Assembly: GCA_963422615.1 (NCBI GenBank) | Contig: OY730414.1 | Span: forward strand, 620,001 to 684,000 | DNA length: 64,000 nucleotides | Direction: 5' to 3' | Source of the DNA: Longimicrobiales bacterium | Lineage (GTDB): Bacteria > Gemmatimonadota > Gemmatimonadetes > Longimicrobiales > Gaopeijiaceae | In this document: positions 19,566-29,272 of the stretch, in pieces | Layout: every line of letters begins with the position of its first letter | Numbering within the stretch: the first letter of the stretch is position 1 | Notes under the pieces: model-generated | What the model saw: only the letters and a program-made list of their open reading frames with translations | Database searches by the model: none | Told to the model about the DNA's origin: nothing | Program-made: the position numbers and the translations under genes

Positions 19566-20288
19566 AGCCCGAAGGGGCGTCAAGGAACTCGGGGTCCGGT
19601 CCAGCACCGCGATGCATCGTCCCGGGCCGTGAACGCCGGTGACCACCGTTCGACCGATATCCGCCGATTTGCTGGGTCCCGAGTGAAGGGCCACCGTGGC
19701 CGGAAGGCGGGTCTGCAGCTCCAGGAGGGCATCTTCCATTCGTCCCAGAATCCGCCCGACCGGGACCCAGATGAAGAGGACGGGAGGAAGGAGCTGCACT
19801 GCCCGCCCGCCTCCCGGCTCCAGGATTAGGCTCCCCGTTTCGGCGATGGCGCCCCAAGCCAGAACGACTCCTGCAGCGGCGCGGTCGGGAGGGGCCTCGG
19901 GCATATTCGGTCGCATTTCGGGAGGCACGTCGGTACCCACCGCCACCCCGACGGTTGCTCCCAGGTTGAGGCCCTTCATGAAGGTTGTGAGCCACTCGCC
20001 CCTGTGCCGTTCCCGATTCGCCGTAACGACCCTGCCACCGCTGTCCGAGAAGCGTCGCGCGAAGCCGACTACCGGATCCGGAGGTTGAGGGGTCTGCAGT
20101 TGGCCCGGGTGGGCCCGCTTCTCCCGGCGGGCTACGGCCCGCGAAATCCGGGCGAGGACCCGGTGTCGGGAGGAGTGGCCCGCGCTGCCAGGGGATTCCG
20201 ACGCACCGAGTTCTCCTTGAGTTCCACGAGGTTCGGCCGCTGCGCCTTTCAGGCCCGGTGCATCCCTCGCCCGACTTTTCCCCTTCAT
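19530..20288 (-). CDS. lutC: LUD-domain lactate utilization protein C
   Basis: AIAETGS, LLPP, SGPSKSADI...V.GVHGP. ATGA overlap with the lutB stop. Confidence 0.85.
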   Translation of the reverse strand: MKGKSRARDAPGLKGAAAEPRGTQGELGASESPGSAGHSSRHRVLARISRAVARREKRAHPGQLQTPQPPDPVVGFARRFSDSGGRVVTANRERHRGEWLTTFMKGLNLGATVGVAVGTDVPPEMRPNMPEAPPDRAAAGVVLAWGAIAETGSLILEPGGGRAVQLLPPVLFIWVPVGRILGRMEDALLELQTRLPATVALHSGPSKSADIGRTVVTGVHGPGRCIAVLDRTPSSLTPLRALSVRTEAYQHR

Positions 20289-21676
20289 TCGATTCCGTCG
20301 CGCCAGAGCCGGCGAAAAGTGGGTCGGCTGGGCTGCGGCGCCGCCCGATCTCCCGACCATTCCCGGAGCACGGGCAGCGCCCGCCCCGCCCCGGTGGCAC
20401 CGAGCCGAGAGGCGACACTTCCCGCCAGTCGGTACAGGGCCGGGCGGGAGGCGACCCCGGCCAGCGCTGCCAGGGCCAACCCCTCCGCCTTGGGAGCCAG
20501 CCCCTGTTCCTGGGCTTCCTGCCGCCAGCGCAGGAGGAGCTCGGGAATCGGTATCCGGACCGGACAAGCGTCGGTGCAGGCCCCGCACAGAGTCGAAGCA
20601 AAGGGAAGGGGCATGGCCTCGCGGAGTCCCAGAAGACCGGGATCAAGCACGGACCCGATGGGACCCGAATAGACCCACCCGTAGGCGTGACCGCCCGTCT
20701 GACGGTACACCGGACAGACATTCAAACAAGCCCCGCAACGAACGCAACGGAGGGCTTCCCAAGCGTGCTCGTGCTCCAGAACGGCAGTGCGTCCGTTATC
20801 CACGAACACGACGTGCACCTCTTCTGGGCCATCGTCTCCGGGTTGCGCGGCGGGACCCTGAATCAGGGACACGAAGCAGCCCGTCGGCTGACCCGTGCCC
20901 GCCCGAGCCGTAAGCTGCAGAAAGCCGGCGACGTCACTCATTCGGGGAAGAAGCTTTTCGATACCCGCAAGGGCGACGTGGACCCGGGGCAGAGACGTGG
21001 CGAGGCGAATGTTCCCCTCGTTTTCGATCAACACGACGGTCCCCGTTTCCGCCACAACGAAGTTGGCCCCGCTGATGCCCATGTCGGCGTCCACAAATGC
21101 ATCCCGCAGCTCCCGTCGGGCTGCGTGGGCCAGGGCGTTCGGGGAATCCTCGCTAGAAGTGCCCAGGCGATCGGCGAAGAGGCGGCGAACCTCTCCCAGG
21201 CTCTTGTGGATGGCAGGCCCCAGGATGTGGCTGGGGGGTTCGTCCAAGAGCTGGAGGATGTACTCGCCCAGGTCGGTTTCGCAGACCCTGATGCCGACGC
21301 TCTCCAAGGCCGAATTCAAGCCGATTTCCTCGGTGAGCATGCTCTTTCCCTTGACGATGCTCTTGACCGAGGCTTTCTCGGCTAGGGTGGTCACGATCTC
21401 CCGAGCTTCCTGGGCGTCCGCTGCCCAGTGGACCCGGGCGCCGTTGGCTTCCAGCTTGGCTTCGGCTTCCGCCAAATAGTCGTCCAAATGGGTCAGGACG
21501 TGATTCTTCACCCCCTCGGCCCATCGGCGCCACGCGTCGGCGTCAACCTCCTCATAGGCCTGCTTCCGGTTCCGGTCAAAGGCCAGGGTGGCGCCGGTAA
21601 CGGCTTCCCTGACCGCCGGATCGCCGCGAATGATCTCTCGGGACCGTTTCCGGTACTCGTTACTGCGGATGCGCAT
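20285..21676 (-). CDS. lutB: Lactate utilization Fe-S protein B
   Basis: KGKSM.TEE, ETDLGEYI, ENEGN, CVRCGACLNVCP, STLCGAC..ACP. RBS AAGGAGG. Confidence 0.95.
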   Translation of the reverse strand: MRIRSNEYRKRSREIIRGDPAVREAVTGATLAFDRNRKQAYEEVDADAWRRWAEGVKNHVLTHLDDYLAEAEAKLEANGARVHWAADAQEAREIVTTLAEKASVKSIVKGKSMLTEEIGLNSALESVGIRVCETDLGEYILQLLDEPPSHILGPAIHKSLGEVRRLFADRLGTSSEDSPNALAHAARRELRDAFVDADMGISGANFVVAETGTVVLIENEGNIRLATSLPRVHVALAGIEKLLPRMSDVAGFLQLTARAGTGQPTGCFVSLIQGPAAQPGDDGPEEVHVVFVDNGRTAVLEHEHAWEALRCVRCGACLNVCPVYRQTGGHAYGWVYSGPIGSVLDPGLLGLREAMPLPFASTLCGACTDACPVRIPIPELLLRWRQEAQEQGLAPKAEGLALAALAGVASRPALYRLAGSVASRLGATGAGRALPVLREWSGDRAAPQPSRPTFRRLWRDGIE

Positions 21677-21720
21677 GGCCCCCTCCTTTCCTGGCCGCTG
21701 CGGTGCGGGCCGCAGGCATC

Positions 21721-22488
21721 CTACCCGGCATGCCGGTGCCCCTCGGGACGCTGCCACCCGCTCCCATCTCTCGGGCCGTCTGCGACGCCCCGCCAGAGTG
21801 CCGTTGCCAGGTGCAGGAATTCGACCTCTTGGCCCCGGGCCCGGCTTCGACCTTCCAGCTGAAGTAGGCAGCCTCCGTCTCCCGATACCACCCAGTCCAC
21901 ATCGGGAAGGGTGTCCAGCTTCCGGTCTGCCATGGCCGTAGAGACTTCGGGCATCTTCACGGAAAAAAGCCCCCCGAAGCCGCAACACTCCTCCCTTGCT
22001 TCCCAGGGAACGACTTCGGCTCCGGCGCCCCCTAGAAGGGTGTCGGGCTCGGCCTCGAGGCGGAGTTCACGGAGGGCGTGGCACCCCTGATGAATGGCCA
22101 CGCGGCGGCCGGTGAGCCCGGATCCCAGCCGAGTGACGCCCAGGCGGCGAACGATGAATTCGCCCAGCTCGAAGACCTTGGCTGCAAGAGCGTCCGCTTC
22201 GGCGATGCGCTCACCGGCGATTCCGGGGTAGGTTTTCCTTACCATCGCGGCGCAGGAACCGCTGGGGAGAACTACGGCGTCGGCGTTACGGAACACGCCC
22301 AGGGTATGGTGGGCCATACGAACCGCCTCCCGGCCCCGCCCTGCATTGTGTGCCGGCTGTCCGCAGCAGGTCTGGTTGGCCGGAAAGGTCACTTCGCAAC
22401 CCAGATGGCGGAGCAGTCGCACGGCGTCGGCGGCGGCCTCGGCAAAGTAGTGGTCGGCCAAGCAGGTAACGAAGAACGCGACGTTCAT
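21721..22488 (-). CDS. lutA: Lactate utilization protein A (CCG-domain Fe-S protein)
   Basis: FVTCL.D, QTCCGQP, SGSC, CH, ECCGFGG.F, D.GCL. Confidence 0.93.
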   Translation of the reverse strand: MNVAFFVTCLADHYFAEAAADAVRLLRHLGCEVTFPANQTCCGQPAHNAGRGREAVRMAHHTLGVFRNADAVVLPSGSCAAMVRKTYPGIAGERIAEADALAAKVFELGEFIVRRLGVTRLGSGLTGRRVAIHQGCHALRELRLEAEPDTLLGGAGAEVVPWEAREECCGFGGLFSVKMPEVSTAMADRKLDTLPDVDWVVSGDGGCLLQLEGRSRARGQEVEFLHLATALWRGVADGPRDGSGWQRPEGHRHAG

Positions 22489-22493
22489 GGCCG

Positions 22494-22844
22494 CTAACGC
22501 TCGAGCATGGAGCCCAGCGGACGCCCGCCCAGGAGGTGCAGGTGGAGGTGGTAGACTTCCTGGCCGCCGTGTTTGCCACAGTTGATGATCACGCGGTAGC
22601 CACCTCGGTCGATTCCTTCATCCCTAGCGATCTTCGTGGCGACGCGCAAGAGCCGGCCGAGTATCGCTTCATCTTTGTCGGAAACTTCGGCCAGAGAGGG
22701 GATTTTCTCATTGGGCACGACCAGCACGTGGGTAGGCGTCCGGGGAGCAATATCCCGGAACGCAGTCACGAGATCGTCCTGATAGACGATGTCGGCGGGA
22801 ACCTGTTTGCGGACGATCTTTGCAAAGATGGTGTCGTCGGACAT
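22494..22844 (-). CDS. hinT: HIT-family purine nucleoside phosphoramidase
   Basis: TIFAKI, AFRDI.P, GQEVYHLHLHLLGGR histidine triad. Confidence 0.95.
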   Translation of the reverse strand: MSDDTIFAKIVRKQVPADIVYQDDLVTAFRDIAPRTPTHVLVVPNEKIPSLAEVSDKDEAILGRLLRVATKIARDEGIDRGGYRVIINCGKHGGQEVYHLHLHLLGGRPLGSMLER

Positions 22845-23077
22845 TGTTCGGGAACGCTCCCTATTGGGAAGGGCTCATGGGAAACAGCTCCAACCTGGTG
22901 GAAGCTAGCCCCAACGCCAGTTTATCCTTCCGACTTCCTAATTCTTGCCGCCCTCCTTTTCGTAGACTAGATGACGGCGATTCGGAACATTTCCGCCGCG
23001 GTTTCGTATGTGGACTGCGTGTGTGGACGAGAGTTTCCCCCGCAACCGAACCCGTGAAGTGGAGAGGAGTGACGACG

Positions 23078-24340
23078 ATGATGAGAATCCCAAGTCCCGG
23101 AGAGGATGTCAGGAACGTCGCTCTGATCGGTGGATCGGGCCTTGTCGCGGTCCTGGCTACCGTAGGCTTCCTCCGTTCGAACAGTCCTTCCGGGCGAAAC
23201 ATCCCTCCGTCCACGCTGGATGTCTATCACAGCGAAGCCGACGCGGGACCGCCCTCCAGCTACCAGGTGGAGGAACCTCTTTCGGGCACCAACCGGCTTT
23301 ACGGGACGGTCCGTACCCGGGATGGACGCACGTCCGAAGGCTACATTCGCTGGGATCGGAATGAAGGGAGCTGGGCCGACCTCATGAATGCGTCCAAAGT
23401 CGAGGGGAAGACCCGTCAGCTGTCGGGAATTCGCTTTGGCCATATTCGCCGGATCCGACCCCTGGGACGCAGGCAAGCGCTCTTCACCCTTCGCTCCGGT
23501 CAGGACGTTCTAATGGAGGGGCGTTCCACCGATCTGGGCCGGGGCCTCCGCGCCCTGGTCGTTGCCCACCCCCTTCGCGGGACGATGAAGCTGGAATGGA
23601 GGGACATTCGCGAAGTCGAATTCCGCGCCGCTCCCGAAGGGGCACGGCCCTCGGAGGGTCGGCTTCACGGAACCCTGACCACGGCTTCGGGGATGGTCTT
23701 CACGGGCTACATCGCGTGGGATGTGGACGAAATCTATTCGACGGACGAGCTTGACGGCGATTTCGGAGGACGACGTTACCAGATTCCCTTCGGCGCCATC
23801 CTGACAATCCGGCGGAACGACTCTCGTTCCGCCGACGTGGTTCTCCATTCCGGGAAGCAGTTTACCCTGTCGGGCACCAACGACGTCAACCGGAAAAACC
23901 GCGGGATCACGGTATCGGATCCATCTTTGGGACAGGTGAAGGTCGGTTGGCGCGCGTTCGAGAGCGTGCGCTTCCACGGTACGGATGCCGAGGAATCCCC
24001 GGTGGACTACAGCGGCGGCGACGCGATCCGGGGTACGGTGATCACCGCGTCGGGAGACGAGCTGTCGGGCCTGATCCGGTGGGACCGAGACGAGGAACGG
24101 AGTTGGGAAATGCTTAACGGTCAAGCGGGTGGTGCTGACTTCGACATCGAGTTCTCCCGGATCGCCAGGATCGTGAAGAACGGGGAGGGCTGCATGGTGG
24201 AACTCCGGGACGGCAGGCTTTTCGATCTCAAAGGATCGAACGATGTGGACGGAGGGAACCGCGGCATCTTCGTCGACGTCGGGGACCAGTCTCGTACGTT
24301 GGCGTGGCGAGACTTTCGGGAGCTTCGGCTGGACCCCTGA
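23078..24340 (+). CDS. Membrane-anchored hypothetical protein with three ~120-aa tandem repeats
   Basis: ATG after GAGAGGAG. N-terminal TM. Repeated G-T-V-x-T...G-x-I-x-W-D-x-x-E...F-x-x-I...[ST]NDV...RG units. Confidence 0.75.
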   Translation: MMRIPSPGEDVRNVALIGGSGLVAVLATVGFLRSNSPSGRNIPPSTLDVYHSEADAGPPSSYQVEEPLSGTNRLYGTVRTRDGRTSEGYIRWDRNEGSWADLMNASKVEGKTRQLSGIRFGHIRRIRPLGRRQALFTLRSGQDVLMEGRSTDLGRGLRALVVAHPLRGTMKLEWRDIREVEFRAAPEGARPSEGRLHGTLTTASGMVFTGYIAWDVDEIYSTDELDGDFGGRRYQIPFGAILTIRRNDSRSADVVLHSGKQFTLSGTNDVNRKNRGITVSDPSLGQVKVGWRAFESVRFHGTDAEESPVDYSGGDAIRGTVITASGDELSGLIRWDRDEERSWEMLNGQAGGADFDIEFSRIARIVKNGEGCMVELRDGRLFDLKGSNDVDGGNRGIFVDVGDQSRTLAWRDFRELRLDP

Positions 24341-24375
24341 TCGGATCGAGATCGGTCCTCCCGGACTCGCACCCG

Positions 24376-25851
24376 CTACTTCACGTCTCCCATCAGGCGT
24401 TTCACGGCGGGGCTCACGACCAAGCCGATCAGACCTGCGATTCCGGCGATTGTCGCCACCGTTGCGAAGAGGGGGGAGGGCGCCAACGACTCCAGGCGGC
24501 CGGCGACCAACCCGGCCATGAGGTTCCCCAAAGAGGTGGCCACGAACCATAGCCCCATCATCTGGCTGACCCGACTAGGCGGAGCAAGCTTGGTTACGGC
24601 GGAGAGCCCGATGGGGGACAGGGCCAGCTCCCCGACGGTGTGGAAGAAGTACATGACCACGAGCCATGATCCGGAAACCGGGGAATCGGGAGTGGCGTTG
24701 GCGGCTCCCCATGCAATGACGAAGTAGCCTGCCGCCAGCCCCAGCAGGCCCAGGCCGAACTTCGCGGGGGTTGACGGGTTGGCGTTGCGGTTGGCGAGCC
24801 AGACCCAGAGCCATCCGAAGACGGGTGCAAAGACGACAATGAAGAAGGCGTTCACCGACTGCAGCCACCCGGCGGGGTACGTGAAGGACCCGATCGTACG
24901 GTCGGTGTAGTCCCGCGCAAACAGGTTCAGAGACGATCCTGCCTGTTCAAAGCCGGCCCAGAAGATCGTCGCCAGGAGGGCGAACCAGAAGATCACGCCG
25001 ATTTTCTTCTTTTCGGCGGGGTCATGCCCCCCGAAGAACATCAACCGGACGAAGTAAACGAAAACGACGACCAAGATGAAGACGGCCAAACCCCTTGCAA
25101 TCTCGGGGAGCGTCAAAGAGATCACGTCCTGCGACACGAGGGCCCCGAATACGGCCAGTAGTGCCGCTACAATGGCACACCCGCCAAAGAATGATCGCTC
25201 AAGGCGACGGCGCTCGGCCGGGGTCTGTTCGCTCCGAAGGGATCCTGCGTCCCCCAGCTTGCGGTATCCCAGGCGAAACTGGACCAGCCCCGCGATCATG
25301 CCCACCCCTGCCACTGCAAAGCCCCAGTGCCAGTTGTAACCTTCTCCGAGCCAGCTGCAAATGACGGGGCCGGCCATGGCGCCCAGGTTGATGCCCATGT
25401 AAAAAATGGAGAACCCGGCGTCCCGCTTGGCTCCGCCTTCCGGATACAAGTCAGCAACTACCGAGCTGACGTTGGGCTTGAGAAGGCCGGTTCCAATGAC
25501 AATTAGGCCCAGCCCGAAGAAAAAGTTGAACGACGTGGGCACCGCCATGCTGAAATGACCCGCCGCGATGATGCATCCCCCGACGAACACCGCCTTCCGC
25601 TGGCCCCAGAGGCGATCCGCGACCCATCCGCCGGGCAGGCCCAACAGGTACACGAGACCCGTGTACAGTCCGTAGATGGCGGTGGCCGTGACCACGTCCA
25701 GGCCCATGCCCGGGTTCTCCCCCATGGTCGCCCCGGTCATGAAGAGGGTCAGAAGGGCGCGCATCCCGTAATAGGAGAAGCGTTCCCACATCTCCGTAAA
25801 GAAGAGCGTTGCGAGTCCGCGGGGGTGACCGGTGGATACCGCTGCCCTCAT
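24376..25851 (-). CDS. POT/PTR-family proton-dependent oligopeptide transporter
   Basis: EMWERFSYYG (ExxERFxYY), GTGLLKPN, FYMGINLG, GEL.LSP. Confidence 0.96.
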   Translation of the reverse strand: MRAAVSTGHPRGLATLFFTEMWERFSYYGMRALLTLFMTGATMGENPGMGLDVVTATAIYGLYTGLVYLLGLPGGWVADRLWGQRKAVFVGGCIIAAGHFSMAVPTSFNFFFGLGLIVIGTGLLKPNVSSVVADLYPEGGAKRDAGFSIFYMGINLGAMAGPVICSWLGEGYNWHWGFAVAGVGMIAGLVQFRLGYRKLGDAGSLRSEQTPAERRRLERSFFGGCAIVAALLAVFGALVSQDVISLTLPEIARGLAVFILVVVFVYFVRLMFFGGHDPAEKKKIGVIFWFALLATIFWAGFEQAGSSLNLFARDYTDRTIGSFTYPAGWLQSVNAFFIVVFAPVFGWLWVWLANRNANPSTPAKFGLGLLGLAAGYFVIAWGAANATPDSPVSGSWLVVMYFFHTVGELALSPIGLSAVTKLAPPSRVSQMMGLWFVATSLGNLMAGLVAGRLESLAPSPLFATVATIAGIAGLIGLVVSPAVKRLMGDVK

Positions 25852-26113
25852 GGTTGCCTCTTGGGTTGTCGGAGTCGGAACCTATTCACGGTACCGGGGC
25901 ACTGGCGCATGGCTTGAACGTATCACACCCGGTGAGGTGCTTCCATAGCTTCCTCTCCCGAACTGGCGTATGCGCGTCCAAGCGTATTCGTCGCCGCCCG
26001 AGCCAGATGCCGTCTGCTTCGGTCGGATGACCCCGGTTGCATGAAAATCGGCGGCTTCCGGGCCAAACGAGGGGCATCATGACCACGACCGGGTTTCCCG
26101 ATTGACAAGAACT

Positions 26114-26866
26114 TCACCTTAGGGCAGCGGCCACCGCATCCGCCACGGTGGCGATGCACCGTTCGCCGATTTCGCGGCTCATCCCCCTCGCGTCTCCCAA
26201 GATCCCGTTCGGCGTGACGGAGCGGAGGCCATCGTTGAACACCCGCTCCGCAAGGGCTTCGTCGAAGTTTGCTACGTGACCCGCTTCCGCACGTTCCTCA
26301 TGCACCAATTCGGGACGAATACAGAGCATTTCCGAACTCTCGGCAATATCGGCGTGACCCCCGACCCTGTGCGCAAGCTCGGGTTCCATCTCCGACACGA
26401 CTTTCGTCCAGACGGCCACGAAGGCCGAGAGGTCGGTGTAGGCTCGGATCTCGCAGTCGGGAACCGCGGCCCGAAGGAGATCGAGCATTTCTGCAAGAGG
26501 GGCGAAGTTCCCCCCGTGGGAGGGCACGAAGCAGACGGTTCGGAAGCCGTGGTGGGCGAGGCTGGCGGCATAGTCGATACAGATGGCTTCCAGAGTCTGG
26601 CGGCGGAGGGAAAGGGTGCCGGGAAAATTCATGTGGTGCTGCGAACAACCGACCCGAATCGTCGGTGCGACCAGGGTGCGTCCCAGCCTGCGGGCGACTT
26701 CCAGAGCGAGGCGGTCCCCTCGGACCGCGTCCACCAGAAGGGGGAGGTGAGGGCCGTGCTGCTCAATGGCACCGGCGGCCACGACGACGGTGGTGTACCC
26801 ATCCGCGAGGGCCCGTTCCACCTCCGGCCAGGTTAGCTCATCCAACAATATGTTCCGCTGATTCAT
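26114..26866 (-). CDS. Creatininase-family amidohydrolase
   Basis: G.IEQHGPHLP..D, S.HH..FPGT, HGGN, GHA...E. Confidence 0.92.
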   Translation of the reverse strand: MNQRNILLDELTWPEVERALADGYTTVVVAAGAIEQHGPHLPLLVDAVRGDRLALEVARRLGRTLVAPTIRVGCSQHHMNFPGTLSLRRQTLEAICIDYAASLAHHGFRTVCFVPSHGGNFAPLAEMLDLLRAAVPDCEIRAYTDLSAFVAVWTKVVSEMEPELAHRVGGHADIAESSEMLCIRPELVHEERAEAGHVANFDEALAERVFNDGLRSVTPNGILGDARGMSREIGERCIATVADAVAAALR

Positions 26867-27062
26867 GCCCGAACGTATGTTGAGACTCCCCGTCACTCCA
26901 GGGTCAAGGATTGATGATCCATTCAGGCCTTATGGCACCGGAAGAAGCCCCGCCAACCCCCGTAGGCGTGTGGGATTCCGCGGGAGAGGGAAAAATGCGC
27001 GGGTTCGGTATCAACGGATCCATGCTGTCCGGCAGCGTTCCGGCCCCAGCTTTTCGGTAGTC

Positions 27063-27848
27063 TTGGAGCGGGTTTCTTCGCAAAACGCCTTGGCCCGGCG
27101 GTTGCTTTCTCCGGACCTGAGCGTGGATCGGATTCGGGCCTGGACCCGGGACATTTACCGGGAGGTTCTGTCCAGGTCACCTAGGATTCGGGAGCCCGAC
27201 TTCAAGGTGATCCACCCGGACGACCTGGAGTTCCTCTTTACCCAGTACGACGAACGGTTTCTGGAAGGTCTGGGCCGCCGAGCCTTGCGTTCCCGGGGCA
27301 ACCTCTCATTCCGACTCTCCCACCGGATGACCCGTTCGGCTGGCATGACCAAGCGCTACCTTCACCCAAACGGCACAACGGACTTCGAGATCGCCATCGC
27401 GACCACGATCCTGTTCGACGGATTTCGCGCCGGCGATTCGGACGTAACCGTATGCGGCCTGCCCTGCGCGAACCGCCTGAAGGCCCTCCAACGGATCCTT
27501 GAACATGAAATCCTTCACTTGGGGGAGTTCCTCTGCTGGGAGCAAAGCAACTGCAACGCCCCGCGATTCCAGGATGCGGCCCGGGGGCTCTTCCTTCACC
27601 GGGCCCACACCCACCAACTGATCACCCGACGAGAACGGGCCGCGGAGCTGGGGATCACCGTCGGGTCCGAGGTGACGTTCCCCCGTGGGGGGAAATATCT
27701 GACCGGTCGCGTCAACCGGATCACCAAACGCGCCACTGTGCTTGTGGAAGACCCAGCAGAGGGCGTCCAGTACTCTGACGGACGCCGTTATGCAAAGTAC
27801 TACGTTCCCATCACTGCGCTGAAGCTCACCACCCGTTCACCCCGATGA
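27063..27848 (+). CDS. SprT-like zinc metalloprotease (start uncertain; ORF open from 26865)
   Basis: RMTRSAG, HEILH (HExxH). C-terminal SH3-like beta domain GRVNRITKRATVLV...KYYVP. Confidence 0.75.
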   Translation: MERVSSQNALARRLLSPDLSVDRIRAWTRDIYREVLSRSPRIREPDFKVIHPDDLEFLFTQYDERFLEGLGRRALRSRGNLSFRLSHRMTRSAGMTKRYLHPNGTTDFEIAIATTILFDGFRAGDSDVTVCGLPCANRLKALQRILEHEILHLGEFLCWEQSNCNAPRFQDAARGLFLHRAHTHQLITRRERAAELGITVGSEVTFPRGGKYLTGRVNRITKRATVLVEDPAEGVQYSDGRRYAKYYVPITALKLTTRSPR

Positions 27849-27994
27849 GGGGGACTTTCAGCGATACGTGGCCTTGAATGGTCGGGAATAGCGAGAAGGG
27901 AACGGGGCGAACGGGCTTCTGCAATCCAACAACCTGAGCTGAGACGGGCCAGAAACAAGGGAGTGCGAGGGGAACGGGGATAGCGGGTACAGAT

Positions 27995-29272
27995 TCAGGA
28001 AGGAATCTCCCCCAGAACGGGCGGGCCCGGCCAGAAGTCGATGCCCCCGGACTGATACCCGAGCTCGATGCTGTCGACGAGTTCCAGGGTTTCCAGATCG
28101 ATCACGTCCAGGGTGCCCAGGACGGACCCCACGGATTCGTTCGTGATAAAGGCAAACCGTCCGTCGGTGCTGGCGACGACCCCGTGGGTAACGGGTCGGG
28201 AGGTTTCCACCCTTCCCAGGAGGGTACCGCTCTCCAGGTCGAATATGGCGACTGCCTGTTCCCCCTTCAGGGTGGCAACCAGCCGCTTCCCTCCTGCCGT
28301 GACCTCCAAGTTGTACGGCGCCGTTCCGGCGAGGAACCGCCGGGATACCTCCCAGAGATCCGTATCCACTTCGAGAATCTCCCGGTTCCTGTTGCAGGCT
28401 ACATAGACCACTCGATTGGCTCCCATCCCCGTGCCGGGCTCGACCCAGGTGGGGCTGCACACGGCAGCGGGACTCGGGGAAGGAGGCGCGGTCTCCGCGG
28501 AGGGAGAGTGGGAAGCGGTGTGGACCTTCCCCCGGCGGGTTGCGAGAGGGGGAGATCCCTCCTCCGGAACACCGTCGGCCCGGGAAACCGCGAGAATGCC
28601 CTCCCGTTCGGGTGTCAGGTCGAAGCGAGCGCTCACCTGGAAGGTGGCCACGTCGATCTCCACCAACTGTTCCGAATGCATGCACACCGAATACTGCCGG
28701 GTCCCGTCGGCCTGTATCCGGCTCCCGTGAGGCATGAGGCAGGTCTCGATTTTCGTGACCTCCACCATGTCCGGCGTGTATACGACCGAGACGGTGGAGG
28801 GAGTCATGTCGCCATGGAGGTTGAAGTTTGCCGCCAGAAGAAACTGTCCGTCGGGGGTGAGCCCCATCGTTGCGGGGAAGAGACCCAGTCGCGTCCGCCC
28901 AACCAGGGTATCCGGGCCCGCATGATACTTCCACACGTAACCGTAAGGTGTGCCGTGGGCGATGGTTACGTACCAGTAACGCCCGTCGGGGGACACGCTG
29001 ATCCCGTGGGCGCCGTCGTTGTCTCCCGGCATGATTCCGACGGGAATCTCCTTCTCGACGATGGCTCCTTCGCCAGGGGTGAAGGCGACCCGGCTGACCA
29101 CGTCGGAGGACTCGTTGGCAACGTAGACTCGGTAAGGCGCCTGGGCTGGGACTCCGGTCTCGGGCAAGCGAGGAACCTGGGCCTTTGTGTCCGTTGGAAC
29201 CCAGAGGATGAGGACGACCAGGAGTGGCCGCCAAGGCCAGGAGATGTCGCGCATCTTCTTCGCGGAATTCAC
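27995..29272 (-). CDS. YncE/YVTN-type beta-propeller secreted protein
   Basis: Signal peptide, VYVANE, repeated HG...SPDGR blade motifs. GTGA overlap with the upstream stop (alternative ATG at 29254). Confidence 0.85.
   Translation of the reverse strand: MNSAKKMRDISWPWRPLLVVLILWVPTDTKAQVPRLPETGVPAQAPYRVYVANESSDVVSRVAFTPGEGAIVEKEIPVGIMPGDNDGAHGISVSPDGRYWYVTIAHGTPYGYVWKYHAGPDTLVGRTRLGLFPATMGLTPDGQFLLAANFNLHGDMTPSTVSVVYTPDMVEVTKIETCLMPHGSRIQADGTRQYSVCMHSEQLVEIDVATFQVSARFDLTPEREGILAVSRADGVPEEGSPPLATRRGKVHTASHSPSAETAPPSPSPAAVCSPTWVEPGTGMGANRVVYVACNRNREILEVDTDLWEVSRRFLAGTAPYNLEVTAGGKRLVATLKGEQAVAIFDLESGTLLGRVETSRPVTHGVVASTDGRFAFITNESVGSVLGTLDVIDLETLELVDSIELGYQSGGIDFWPGPPVLGEIPS

Noticed and set aside
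26114..26866. Mycofactocin peptidase MftE / RiPP cluster
   Set aside because: No precursor, radical SAM or other mft genes nearby. Only the generic creatininase family is supported.
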